This document shows positions 1 to 11,603 of a DNA stretch of 35,451 nt, one piece after another. The translations under genes were made by a program, and so were the position numbers. The first letter of the stretch is position 1; every line of letters begins with the position of its first letter. A model generated the notes under the pieces. It saw only the letters and a list, made by a program, of their open reading frames with translations. It did not search any database and was not told the DNA's origin. The stretch covers positions 496,001 to 531,451 of the forward strand of contig JASANG010004131.1 in the NCBI GenBank assembly GCA_030248215.1. The letters are read 5' to 3'. Source of the stretch: Enoplolaimus lenunculus. Lineage: Eukaryota.

Positions 1-130
1 TTCGGGTAAAATAGCCTGAAGTCAATGTTGCAATTGAGGAAAATAATCGCAGTCCCGCAACCATTACTTGATACAATCGACAGTTTCAAGGTCGAAAAAA
101 TTTGGTTCATTCGGACTCAGATAAGGTAGC

Positions 131-201
131 AACAAACAAACAAACAAACAAACAAACAAACAAACAAACAAACAAACTAACTAACAAACAAACAAACAAA
201 C

Positions 202-257
<56 letters not shown>

Positions 258-343
258 AACCAACCAACCAAACGAACAAACAAACAAACAAACAAACAAA
301 CAAACAAACAAACAAATAAACATACAAACAACAAACAAACAAA
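131..343. repeat. Compound tetranucleotide microsatellite (AAAC)n/(AACT)n/(AACC)n
   Basis: Directly visible. Confidence 0.97.
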
Positions 344-732
344 TTAGGACAAAAGAATCAATGGTGTAAAATCTCAAAACACTATTTAGTTTGAAAGAAA
401 TAATTTAGTATAATCCCGTCAGCTTGAGTCGAACGGTGGAAAATATTTTAGACGCAATCCTTCGTAAGCCGATATCAGAAGAGTTTTCAACTGCTATTTG
501 ATATCAGTTGCTGATGAAGAGATGTCACTAATCCAACTGATTTATTTGAGATAAATAGCCTCTATCTTGTTCAAAATCTTTGAATTCCATCATGCTAAGC
601 AGTTTCTTAGAAACGGATAAGTTACGGTATATGCAAAAACGTTTGAAGTCAAGCAATTCTCAGATTCTTAACAGCAGAAATGTCAAAATCGATCCTTCGA
701 TTGTCGTTTGGAAAAATTACCGGAATTCAAAT

Positions 733-1028
733 GGCCCATGTTACTTTGAAGGGTGTCCCGGTTTCTGGCGGGTCTATAAAATAGCAGGTTTTGGTTCTAG
801 ATTACATTTTTTTGCTGAGTCAACTTGTTCTTCTTGAGCTCGCATTAACGCCTCACGTAAGCTGAAAAAATTTCCGTTATAAGCAGTGTTGCAATAATGA
901 AATATCGGCTCATGTTACCTTAGGGGGCGTCCCGGTTTCTGGTGGGTCTATAAAATAGCAAGTTTTGGTTCTAGATTACATTTTTTGCTTTTGCTTTTGC
1001 TTAGGCTTAGGCTTAGGCTTAGGCTTAG
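733..1028 (+). mobile_element. Two tandem truncated halves of the TTAGGC-carrying MITE (subfamily of 25098..25273); the second ends in a TTAGGC tract
   Basis: ggcccatgttac...ctagattacattttttgc begins at 733 and again at 907 and aligns to 25098-25190. Confidence 0.75.
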
Positions 1029-1119
1029 AAACTATTCAAATAATGAACCAACTAAACGTTTTATGATTTGGCAACCTTAAAAAACAACCACAATAAACAT
1101 CAAAATAAGGCTTATATAC

Positions 1120-1331
1120 CTCAAGCAATTTCAACTCGCGTTGCAACTCGTCCATTGTGAGCTCGGGAACTTTGCGTCCAGTCGCTTTCTCACATGTATC
1201 GCTCAGCCACAACTCTAACTCAAGTCGAAGATTATCCCACGTACGAATGTCTTCTGCCATTCGGGCCAGTTCTTTCTTGCGTCGCGTTGTCCAATGAACT
1301 GCGCGTTCCCATTCTCGGCAAAGAATTTCAG
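1120..1331 (-). CDS. dys-1: Dystrophin exon (212 bp, phase 1-0): AEILCREWERAVHWTTRRKKELARMAEDIRTWDNLRLELELWLSDTCEKATGRKVPELTMDELQRELKLLE; the gene continues below position 1
   Basis: Acceptor atttcag|CT, donor GAG|gtatat; size, phase and W......RR..L..M..D...W pattern equal human exon 53. Confidence 0.92.
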
Positions 1332-1746
1332 CTGAAATGTAAAGAATAAGACGATTGTCTGTCTAGGTAGGAACCGGGACTTCAGAGCTTTTTAACAGCT
1401 GGAAACGCGGTCTACGCATGGCTTCGAACTAGTGGCCTTAGTAAATGAAAACTGAAAATTATCAGTTAAACAGGATATACAAATAATTTTCAACGCTAAA
1501 ATTTTCCAGCCGATTTGCGCTTGAACGCCGCCAAAATCACTGAGATATAAAGCCAACTCAAAAGTTCTAATTAATTTCGCTTCTTAAAATCGAATCACGG
1601 AAACATTAAAACCAAACTCAAACAGATAAACCAAGGTTTAAACTACCATTCAATAAAGTAAACAACATACAATTAGGAAAATTATTCGTTCAAGAATATT
1701 AGATCGAGTTTACCTTGTTCAACGACGACTTGCAATAAAATTGTAA

Positions 1747-2044
1747 AGCCCAATTAAACACGTGCAAGTTTTTGCATCGAGTACTCGCAGCTGCAACTTG
1801 CACGAAATATTTGCAACTGCAAGTATTTTCATACGAGCATTCCGATTGACCAATCAAACTGCAGGTGCAAGAAATTCAAACGACTTGCAACTGCGTTCCC
1901 ATGCGCGAATTAGATTCAATAGCATGAATTCCGGTGAATAATTTAAAGATGCAAGAATATCAAAGCTGCTCTGTGACCAAACTTATACATGCAAGTTACA
2001 CGAGAAAGTTTTTGCTACAACAACTTGCACGGGTGAATAGGGCT
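1747..2044. mobile_element. MITE, possibly PIF/Harbinger-like, with internal TGCAA repeats
   Basis: Imperfect TIR agcccaattaaacacgtgcaagtt / aacttgcacgggtgaatagggct; flanks TAA and TAT. Confidence 0.6.
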
Positions 2045-2686
2045 TATATTTAGGAAAATCTCGAACAAAAATTAAAATTCTTATTTTAATCTAAATACTT
2101 GTTTAAATCTGTCTCAAGCCTAAGAAATCTGTAAAACTATGATAAAATGCATGTCTGTAAACAACAAAAATTGCTCAACTTCACTCACTTGAAAGACAAA
2201 ATTCAAAATATTCATATAAATAAAAAGGTTTCGGCTGTTATTATTAATACAAATCACCTGTTTGAGTTAATAACGTTGATATTTTAGTGGTTCATACTAA
2301 TATACAAAAATAGACAGATTATACATAATCCGTTTCTTAGTCCTTCAGCTAAACTTGGGATTCCAAGGCGAATTCGTATCCAGAAGGGCCAAGCCGGTTT
2401 AGTCCCCTTAGAAAAATTTAGCCACCGCTAGAAAAGTGTTTAAGACCCAATTAGAAGACCCTCGAACTCTATGGACACCCCTATACGCTGTATATATTCT
2501 GTTCAACTAAATACATTTAGTAATTGACAGAAATAGAATTCTGAAGCTTAATTTCCGTTAACCGACCATTTGGCTCAACCGATGCCTATGGGATGTTTTT
2601 TTAATTTTTCACTGCACATTTGATCTCTCGATTTGTATCGATTTTAACGCAGTGTTGTATTCTTAAATAAGTATTGTCAAGTCTTA

Positions 2687-2788
2687 TTTAAATATGATTT
2701 AAAAACATTTCAACACTCAATTTAAATATAATTTAAAAACATTTCAACACTCAATTTGAATATAATTTAAAAACATTTCAACACTCAA
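2687..2788. repeat. 3 x 34-bp tandem repeat
   Basis: Unit tttaaatataatttaaaaacatttcaacactcaa. Confidence 0.92.
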
Positions 2789-3481
2789 CGGCCTACTTTT
2801 TGATCACGATCGGATAAATCATAAAGTATCGCTATTATCTGATCTGCACCGAGCTACGCAAGCAGCTACTCGGTTAACAGCCCAAGGCTTTTGATGGGCA
2901 CACCTTTAAACTTTAGAAAGGAAATAGGAAACGAAGTTTTCAAAATGAACTTAGACTACGAAGATTGAACCTAAAGCTATCAAACACGCAAACCTTGTCC
3001 ATCTATTCTACTGTATTCAGTAACTGATGATTCGAGGTTGTTGTGGACACAATAGTAGTGGTCACTAAGACTTGAAAAGGATAGAGAAAAGCTTTTGAGG
3101 AAAATTAGGTTGTGTTGTTCGGCAGTTATGAGCTAAAAAAGTTAATATTTAAAATTTCGAACCAGTTTGAATTTTTTAATAAATATATTTAAGCGGCTAA
3201 AGTTGGTATTTGAAGGTTCAGGCCCTCTAGAAAACTTTATCTCCCCAAAAAGTTATGCTCCTATATTTAAGCTTTGTGAAATCACCAGCATAGTCGTCTT
3301 AGAATATTAGTGCCCCCTCTAGAATGTTATGCTGGATACTGGCCGGATTCGAAGACGTCAAATCCATCAACAGTTGCAGGCAACAGATCTTTGACTTTTA
3401 GATGAACAATTAAAGTCCAAATTAAGAACGATCAATGCTTCATAAGCTGCACTGTAAATTCCAGTGAGTTGATTAATCAAC

Positions 3482-5939
3482 TATAAGGTAGGTTACCCTG
3501 GATCGAAAGTCCTTGCCATCCATCCTTGGCGGGTACTCCTTATGGTTTGATCGAGGTTGGCTACTAGGTCTAGTTATGCTACTCCGCCCGATCACGTCCG
3601 GGATGGGTTTCCCATCTCGGGCTCGCGATGTATACACCATCTAAACGCAAACATTTATCACTACCGGATCGTTGAATAAAATGTCGCATATAATTCCGTG
3701 TGGTAAAAGTTCCTCGCCGGCTGCAAGCCGGCGAACACCGTTGAAACACCGATTATCCCGAAAAAGATTTGGGGCTAGAAGACTCTTATCCTCGCGCATT
3801 CCCGCCCCCAGGTAAACTTTCTGACCACCGCGGCAAAATGACATTGACCATCCAGTGGGCAGGCAAAATTCGGAGTGCGGGGAAAAATAAATTCTCGGTA
3901 AAAAGGAATTGGTCAAAAAGGAAAAAGAAAAATGGGGACCCGCACCGCCTATTTCTAAGGCTGTAGAAATTTTTGCTATCTGCAATAATCATTCAATACT
4001 CAGCGCTTAAAAATCACCCAGGAAAAGAAAAATGAAAAAGAAAAAGAAAAAAAATATCCACCTCCGGTCCGGACACAATAACAAATTCCGACCCGGACTT
4101 GCTCGTTAGCTACTCGCGCAAGTCTGAGTCCGAAATAACAAAAATATTCCCGTCCTGCGGGAATCCAACGAAAACAATAGCGCTATAATTTGGTAAAAAC
4201 GGTAATCTCAAAGTCAGTACTGAAACGGAATTCCGAGCAATCTAAAAATCATAGGGGCTAGCATCCCTTATCAAATCGGACACCTATAGTTTATTATGAA
4301 GTTATAACTCGGTAATACATTATGCATTATTCCATATATCCGTGGCATGTATAAACGTTTAGCCATACCTAATATTCTTAGATTCCGCCTACAGACTCGA
4401 CTCAAAACATGGCTCTTTACCTGTTCCGCCTCTCGCCGTAGCGTGGTTTCCCATGCTGCTACTTCTTCCCGAGCCGGTGGACTTGCCGCCCACCGGCCCC
4501 CTTCCGGTGTTGCCGGGCGAAACTCTTCCGCGACCAGATTCAACCGGGCCGACGTTCGAGGTGACACGGGGATTGTTTCCGACGTTGAAGACGCCGACTT
4601 CGTCGGTGGAGGAGTTCGCGGCGGACTACCCCGGGTACTTTGGTCCATGTTTGAGCAGGATTCGTAGATCTTTGCTTTCGTTATAAAAATTTGAATAGTA
4701 TCAAGGTTTTGTTGTCGCTAGCGAATAAATTGCATCAGCCAAATAAGCACCGCTTTTAGATATGCAATAGACTAGTTTATATTTAAATTGACCTGAATGC
4801 AATTGGGTTAAAACCACGGTTGAGTCAAGCTAGACTCAACCGGAGTCTAACCCAACTCGAAATCGCGTTTGCAAATAGTTTTTCGCCTAGATGTACACAT
4901 CGAGAAATTTCAATTAGAAAAACATGTACAGCCACCCGTACCGGAGTAGCCCGTACGGCGCTTGTACCGGCCACCCCGGTACGAGCGCTATTTTTCACCA
5001 AAAATAAAACATAAACTGCGAATTCACCATGAAAACCAAATCAACCTTCAAACTCCACATTTGCGCAACAGCAGTAGTTTACAAAAACTAGGTGTTCCTC
5101 CATTAGAATTTTCAAAATCAACCAATAAACTGCAACACATGGCAAAAAGAACGTTGTTCCATGTTAAAAACACTACAAAATCGGTAAGCCAAGCAAAACT
5201 CACACAACTCCTAGCTAGCTAACTTTATTCAACATAACAAAAATTTTCGTACTTTCAACCTGCACAGCCAAAAATTTGACGAAAACCACATAAATTCCTG
5301 CAAAACTAGTTAAATAAAATCGCAACTACTCAAATTTATCCTCCTTTCGGCTCTTCAAAGAACTAGAAACTCGTCAAAACACCTTTGACCGCCAAATTCG
5401 AACTCAATATTTCAAATATTCGCAAAACAAATCCTAAGTGAGTTCAAACAACAAAGCGTAACCGCCAATGAGTTCACAAAACAATATTAACGTGAACTCA
5501 ATAACGTATAACATCTTACAGGTAAGTTTCAAAAATATAAACAACATACAGCACATACTTTACCCCAAAAATTCAACATTTCAAAAATTCCAGTTTCGAT
5601 ATAACTCGTAAGAGACTACACAAGCCGGCAAAAGACAGAAAAGACCGCCCCGGGCTCAAAACACTCAAATCAAGTTCAAATCAACTTTTTCCGCTAGTTT
5701 TACTCACCTGCGCTCTCCCTTCAGACCCCTAGATCTCAAATTTGAAACCACCACTCACGCCTACGGAGTACTACACCCAGGGGTCACACACTTGGATCCC
5801 CCAGGTGAATACCCCGCTACGGCTCCAAAAACATTTCAACCAGTGGTTTTCCAACCCGACACGCTCAAATTTCGCGTCTCTCGGGTTTTCCCAGAAAATT
5901 TCAACTCAGCGGAGTCACGGATCCAGTGGTATCCCTACA
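3482..5939 (-). mobile_element. Probable solo LTR, 2458 bp
   Basis: 5-bp TSD tcaac at 3477-3481 and 5940-5944; termini tataagg...ccctaca (TG..CA with one transition); strong strand skew. Orientation inferred from the T-rich strand and the ORF. Confidence 0.7.
4421..4648 (-). CDS. Putative LTR-borne coding exon (76 aa): disordered S/P/T-rich peptide with PAM2 motif ARLNLVAEEFRP
   Basis: Start context caaacATGg; GC-rich island ends at donor CAG|gtaaag (phase 0); PAM2 consensus match at 4514-4549. Confidence 0.5.
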
Positions 5940-8358
5940 TCAACCCAATGAGCGAATTAGTCATTTCTAGTTGCTTGTGAGTTAAACACAGTAAAACAAC
6001 AACTCGTTCTAAGTTGATTTAATTCCGGCTGAATTAATTAATTCAGAATAAAGTTTATTCAAATCAGAATTCTGAAAGACCTAATTCAGAGCTCAGACTT
6101 CGGAAAGGATTCAACTCATTCTGAGATAAAATCAACTCACTGGATATTTACAGTGTGAGCGTTCAGTCCAAAGTAGCTAAGTTACCTCATATAATCTTTA
6201 GGTTTAGCCAGGTTTATACTACGTACGTTAAAGCTGGACAATATGAGACATCTTAGCTAACCGTGAACATATTGAGAAATTCAGGTAGCACTGTAAGTTA
6301 CCAGAACATAAATAATTCACCAAGACTCTGTGGTAATTTCACCTGATTTCACGCGTTTGGACATTTGAGTATAAATCATATACTATTCAAGTCCAAGAAA
6401 GACGGCGTTCCGAGTGAACGATTCTTCGTTGCATTCGGACCTTTAAAACTAAAGCCCAACGCAATAGCAAGATGGTTTATCGGTCACTACCCCTGCCCCC
6501 GTTGAAATTTTTGTTCCGAGGTTTGAAAACTGTTTCATTTCGCAATGCAGCGTTCTTATTAAAATTTTCATCATATCGGTTACAAAAAGTATCATAACCT
6601 AGGTGTGATTGTTGACAAAATTTAAAGATTGCAAAACGTCGACAATACCTTAACGCAAAAATTTTGCGTTGAACCTATCCCGCCGTAAATATCAATAAAA
6701 AGTAACCCACTTTTCTAAACCTAACTAACACCCAGGCATAGCCGAACAGGAAGTCGATTGCTCATCAGCGTTTTCGAAAATAAACAATGCCAAAATCCGC
6801 CTGGAAAAGGTCCCCTCGAACAAAGTCGTACGGAAAATGCTTCTACTTAAGCTTAGGATTAGATTCAGATATACGCTTGCATTTACGATTAGAGACAGAG
6901 TTCATAACTTGCTCTATTACATCCACTGTAAAGTCGACGAACTCAATACGAACAACTATTCCAGATTAATGTAAAATGCAAACGAAAAAGAGTTCCAAGA
7001 AAAAGCACACAACTGAACCAAAAACATGAAATAAGCATAAGTTAGAATTAGCAATAATTTCACTGTTCTTATGACCCGAATAGATATGATTTTAGGTAGT
7101 AACCAAGAGTGCATGACACCTTTTTACCAAGAGTTGTACCCAGCGCGCGTTGCATTTTTGGTCGACTGCCGTTATTTAAGCGGAGAGATAGTGGTTAAGA
7201 TAACAAATTTCGAGCGTAAAAATGTATGGTACAAAATGGTCCGCTTAAATTTTTGACCTCATTATCATTTCGTCTTCTGTTTTGTGTGTTGTGTATCTAA
7301 TCTCGGCTTCCCTTGAGCTAAGGTGGGGTGTTGGAACAATGCAACGACCTCTGGTACATTGAGTGCCATCCATATTTTAAGAAATTGCACGCTCTTATCT
7401 AAAAAGTCATTATTGAATCTTGGTAGCACTTATACATTCGTCCAACATACTTATTTGTAATAATACTTAGATACCGGGTTCAGCTGTACCTAAAAACATG
7501 AAGATTAGTTTGGTTTCAAGCGTTGTTACCATTATAAAACCGTTACAAAAAAGCCTCCGCAAAGCTAAATATCGATGCTGTGCTTTCAAAGGAACTCATC
7601 TTAACAACTTTAAAAATACTAAAATTTTACAAATCACCGTCAAGGACCAACCTCACACGCACAGAGAGAGAGAGAGAGCATTTCGTAAATTTTGCTACTG
7701 ATGTTCTAAATTTTATTACATATAAATAGCGTTTGTTATTACATAAAAATGACATAGCTAGTGATTTTAACAAAGTCAGACAACTGTGAAATTGAAATGA
7801 AAATTTTACAGTACTTTGGTGCAATCATAGTTATAAAATCGGCCTCCTTAGCGCATCGAAATACATAAATCATCAAGTTATAGCGTTTATTGTGTCTAAA
7901 TAGAATTTTAGATTTAGAAAACTATTTGTGATAAATAGTCGTAGGTCAAGGTGGACCGTAGGCACAGCTAACGTCACGTATTACGCAACGTTACCCAAAA
8001 TGGAAAAATTAAAGTCTTCCGTACAACATATAGGGGACCTTAAACGATATCATGAGGGGAAACTTTAATCTGACTTTAAGGAAATAAATTTTGTCACATT
8101 TTCTAGATGACCGAGACTAAGTGATACCATAATGGGGCTGTCTAATTGGTTTCTTCGAGCAATTTTAACCACATTTTTCCAGAATTTTTTCTTTGAACTC
8201 ATGAAATGATACGTTCCACAATCTCAATACAATATCAATATAGTAAATCATATATAACGATAACGGAAAGACTAACAGATTTTATATTTAAGCTAAATGT
8301 GGAATTTATCAATTTTTAGCTGTTACATCAATTGTACACTCAACGACCCTTTACGTAC

Positions 8359-8443
8359 CTTTGTGTTCGACTTCAGGTTCCAAACTGTTCTCAAGAATAC
8401 GTATTAACGCGAGTCGTTTTGTTTGCAGCAGATCCAAAAATTC
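8359..8443 (-). CDS. dys-1: Dystrophin exon (85 bp, phase 0-1): EFLDLLQTKRLALIRILENSLEPEVEHK
   Basis: Acceptor tttttag|GAA, donor AAG|gtacgt; phases match human exon 52. Confidence 0.85.
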
Positions 8444-8880
8444 CTAAAAAAAGTGTGACATATATATGTATCGGAATCGGAATTTTGAAATTTTAATTTT
8501 AATATTACTTGTTGTAATACATTGCACAAAACTTCTGTATCATTTATCGATTATATAGTTAACTGATCAATAATTGATTGTTGTTTAGGTTTAGAGAACC
8601 AGAAATCGTCGCCAATTTGTGCATGCGACGTTTTTGAAAAATATTGCCAACCAACAGACTCCCTAAATGAATATCATATTTGTTAATACAAATTATTTGT
8701 ACAAACACAGGTTTTTTCAATTTTAGTGCTAATTTTATCGGTAATTTTAAAATTTCTACAGCTTTTTGATGTTTACAACAAAGTTTAGGAAAACACTAAT
8801 TTCTATATAATTTAATTGCTTATACGAGTTGACAAAAACACTCTGAGGTTTACTAAGCTTTGGTTAACCTTAGTTTTCTT

Positions 8881-9035
8881 CATGCCCGTAGCCAGCTTAC
8901 CTTGCTAAGGGAGCTAAAAATTTTCAGAAGGAGTGTTTCCAATGAGTTGCAAGTCCGGTTGAAAATCCTTTATTGGGGGCAAAACTTTCAAGGTTGGGGG
9001 CTGAGCCCCCCTGGCCCCCCATGGTTACGTACCCG
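8881..9035 (+). mobile_element. hAT-like MITE family A, copy 1
   Basis: catgcccgtagcc...ggttacgtacccg; 8-bp TSD gttttctt/gctttctt; homologous to copies at 13903, 18308 and 26277. Confidence 0.8.
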
Positions 9036-9757
9036 GCTTTCTTACAAGTGACGTGAAACTTTGGTGCTGGGCTTAAGGTTCCAAGTATATCAGTGGTCTC
9101 TGCTTTGCACATTTGGAAAACATTACACCAAAGATGGAAACGGAGTGAGCTGCGCCTGTCCGACCCAGCCACACCCCACCGTTTCAAGTGGCCCATAAAG
9201 GCAAATCAAAAACGTGCCCTATCGGGATATGCTCCACCAGCTTAATAGTAAACAAATCATTAACAACTGATTTCGCCAGATTTTTGGTCCATTTTTTATA
9301 CTCGATTTCTAACAGCGTTTCGATTAGCAAGCAGCCGGCACATAAGACAAATTCGATAAATAAAGTTAAAGTCAATCTCCCTAATAAATATTAGCCATTA
9401 ATTAACAGATATTAAGCGATTTTGTGTAATCATTTTTATATTTTTTAAAATATTTTGTAGTATGAATAATCAATAATCTTCGTACGACTTTGTCTTTTGA
9501 TTACAGTTTGTAACTGAATTTTATGCAAGTGGTCGACCAGAAAAATTTGATAAACTCTAAAATATTTTAGACAGTCATTAGAGTCTGTCACAAAAACTTT
9601 CAGCTAGTAATTTGCAAGCTGTAACCTTAACATTGTTTTCGCGCAATTTTCTTTTCTACATTTTGATTTGTATGCTAATTTTTCTCTTACCTCAAAAAGC
9701 TAGAAGACAGCATCTTTCGGCCGTCCGATTGCTAGCGGCTTCACCTCGGGCTCTTAC

Positions 9758-9883
9758 CTGTTGCTTTCGTTGACCACTTTTTATCATATCAAATTGTGTA
9801 ATATCTAACGAACCAGAGTATTCGCGTTGTGCGTCCGTGAGCCAATGTCGTAATTGTATTAATTTGTTCATTTGTTCCTCGGC
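9758..9883 (-). CDS. dys-1: Dystrophin exon (126 bp, phase 0-0): AEEQMNKLIQLRHWLTDAQREYSGSLDITQFDMIKSGQRKQQ
   Basis: Acceptor tttttag|GCC, donor CAG|gtaaga; spectrin helix A (L..WL), like the 3' part of human exon 51. Confidence 0.88.
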
Positions 9884-10288
9884 CTAAAAATTACAATTGA
9901 ACTTTACGCGGTATTTTAATAGTTGTTGTTTCCAAATTAATTGTTTCAAAAGGGCAATAAGACTGTACTGATGTGTTGCCGAAGTTTCAAATAGATTTTG
10001 AACTACCAATTTATTACAAGAATTCTTATACTGTCACCAGATCAGAGCTTACGTGTATCTCTATATGTTATTATAGTGGTCGGGTGCTTTCTACTTATCG
10101 CAACGAACTACCTTAATTGTTTTGGCTTCCAGAAGGTCACGAGAGAAACTGGTGAAAATCTGAACGTAATTTTAGTGCTAAATCTTAATGCAAAAGTTTA
10201 ATTTTGATATTTGATGAGATAGACCATGGCCTGGAAGGCCTTTCAAACCAACCGTCGCTGATCGCATCTGTTTGACGACTGATCTTAC

Positions 10289-10437
10289 TTTTGGATTTAA
10301 CTTTCGCTCCGGTGTACGCAACCGATCAAAATCGTCTGCATACGTCAATTTTTTGCCACCCGAAGCTTTTTTAGCTCCTGTGCCAACCGCTGACTGCCGC
10401 GTCGTGTCTTGTTGAGCAACTGGTGTGGTGTAGCCTC
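10289..10437 (-). CDS. dys-1: Dystrophin exon (149 bp, phase 1-0): GGYTTPVAQQDTTRQSAVGTGAKKASGGKKLTYADDFDRLRTPERKLNPK
   Basis: Acceptor ttttcag|GA, donor AAA|gtaaga; needed to bring the frame from phase 1 back to phase 0. Confidence 0.82.
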
Positions 10438-10597
10438 CTGAAAATTTGCTTAAAGGGCGATTTTATCTTTCTTGTATGTAGGAACTTGCTTAAGTAGAGT
10501 GGTATTTCAGATCAGTCTACAGTGATGTTGCCATGCACCCCCTTCACCAATCCTGCTGTACAGAGAAATTTTGCTATGAAAATGGTTCATTTGAAGC

Positions 10598-11024
10598 CAG
10601 TGGCGGATCCAGGATCTCACAATGGGGGGGCCAAAATTACATAGGTAATAAACTTATTTTTGACCTACACACAAACCACGAACAATTGCCGTAACATTTA
10701 CTTCTTTACCTTTTTTCAATTGAGATGAATCACAAATAAAACTAACGCATCAACGCAATTTAGTTCTAAACAACGGAGTGGCAACACAAATTCAGATTTG
10801 GTTTCAAACAGGCACAAATTTAAAGGCTCGGATTCGGAAGACAATTTAGTTTTGAAAAAGCAAAATCCAGTCAGCTTCAGCAACATCTTTTTCTGTTTTT
10901 GAATGAGTTAGAACTGCCTGATATTTTCGGAACAGCGTAGAACAGCAATTGACACTATATAATTATTGTTGAGATGCTGTAGAAGGGGCCACGGCCAGGG
11001 TGCTCCCCCATGGATCCGCCATTG
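10598..11024 (+). mobile_element. hAT-like MITE family B, copy 1
   Basis: TIR cagtggcggatcca / tggatccgccattg; TSD tttgaagc/tttgaagt. Confidence 0.85.
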
Positions 11025-11279
11025 TTTGAAGTTCCCAATATATAATCCATCGAAATCGATGCAAAATATGTCAAAGTTACTGCGCGAATTTTGTTCATTT
11101 GTCGTAATTGGTCAATTTCAACAAAATAACGAAAAATTTGCTAAAAACGCGCTGTAAAATGTAAAATTTTAAAAATATCCTACGATACAACTAACAAACT
11201 GTAAAATTTCAAAACCCAAAAAAATATTGTTTTCCACCGAAAAATCATCGATTCGTCGCTGTGTCGTTCACTGACATAC

Positions 11280-11603
11280 CGCCATCATCTGAAGCCAACG
11301 GTGTCGCATCATCGTCATCATCGTCTTCATCATTGTCGCCGCCACTAAACGCTCGTTGTAGACCTGCGTCGCCAAGACTTGTCGCCTTTGTTGCAGCGCT
11401 GCGTCGACTTGATTGTTGCTGTTGTTGTTGCATCGATGTGACGTCCAGTCGGACAACTTTCGACGACCCTCGTTTGCTTTCGCGACCGGCAGTTCCGACA
11501 CCTCCAGGCATCGCTTCCGATTCAAGTGTCACCAAATGCGGCGGTGGCGTCTCGCTGTCTTGCTCGTGACCACGAGGCGACGTACCGTGCGCTGGTGACG
11601 ATT
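11280..11603 (-). CDS. dys-1: Dystrophin exon (324 bp, phase 1-1), low-complexity hinge with poly-Q and poly-D tracts
   Basis: Acceptor atttag|AA, donor GCG|gtatgt; GC-rich open frame ESSPAHG...QQQQQQ...DEDDDDDD...DDG; phases fit. Confidence 0.8.

Larger units (their letters stand above)
3450..6155. mobile_element. CAC-ended MITE (CMC/EnSpm-like, about 245 bp) interrupted by a solo LTR
   Basis: TIR cactgtaaattccagtgagttgatt (3450-3474) vs aatcaactcactggatatttacagtg (6130-6155), one indel; TG on both outer flanks (2-bp TSD). Confidence 0.75.

Noticed and set aside
1000..1028. TTAGGC tracts as true telomere or chromosome-healing sites
   Set aside because: They are short, occur in both orientations and are embedded in TIR elements, and the gene continues across them.
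3585..3640. Short similarity (ggtgtataca...cgag.cc...gggcgg) between the solo LTR minus strand and 31332-31392
   Set aside because: Too short and gapped to support homology without an alignment score.
4347..4686. Two plus-strand ORFs overlapping the PAM2 exon
   Set aside because: No motifs or supporting signals; expected shadows in a GC-rich island.
6740..6790. CTGATGAG on the minus strand suggesting a hammerhead ribozyme; retrozyme idea for the LTR element
   Set aside because: No stem II followed by GAAA could be built, and I saw no hammerhead core in the LTRs by eye. An Infernal search would be needed to exclude other ribozymes.
11261..11598. Plus-strand ORFs with poly-S and poly-C
   Set aside because: Antisense shadows of the GC-rich dystrophin hinge exon.
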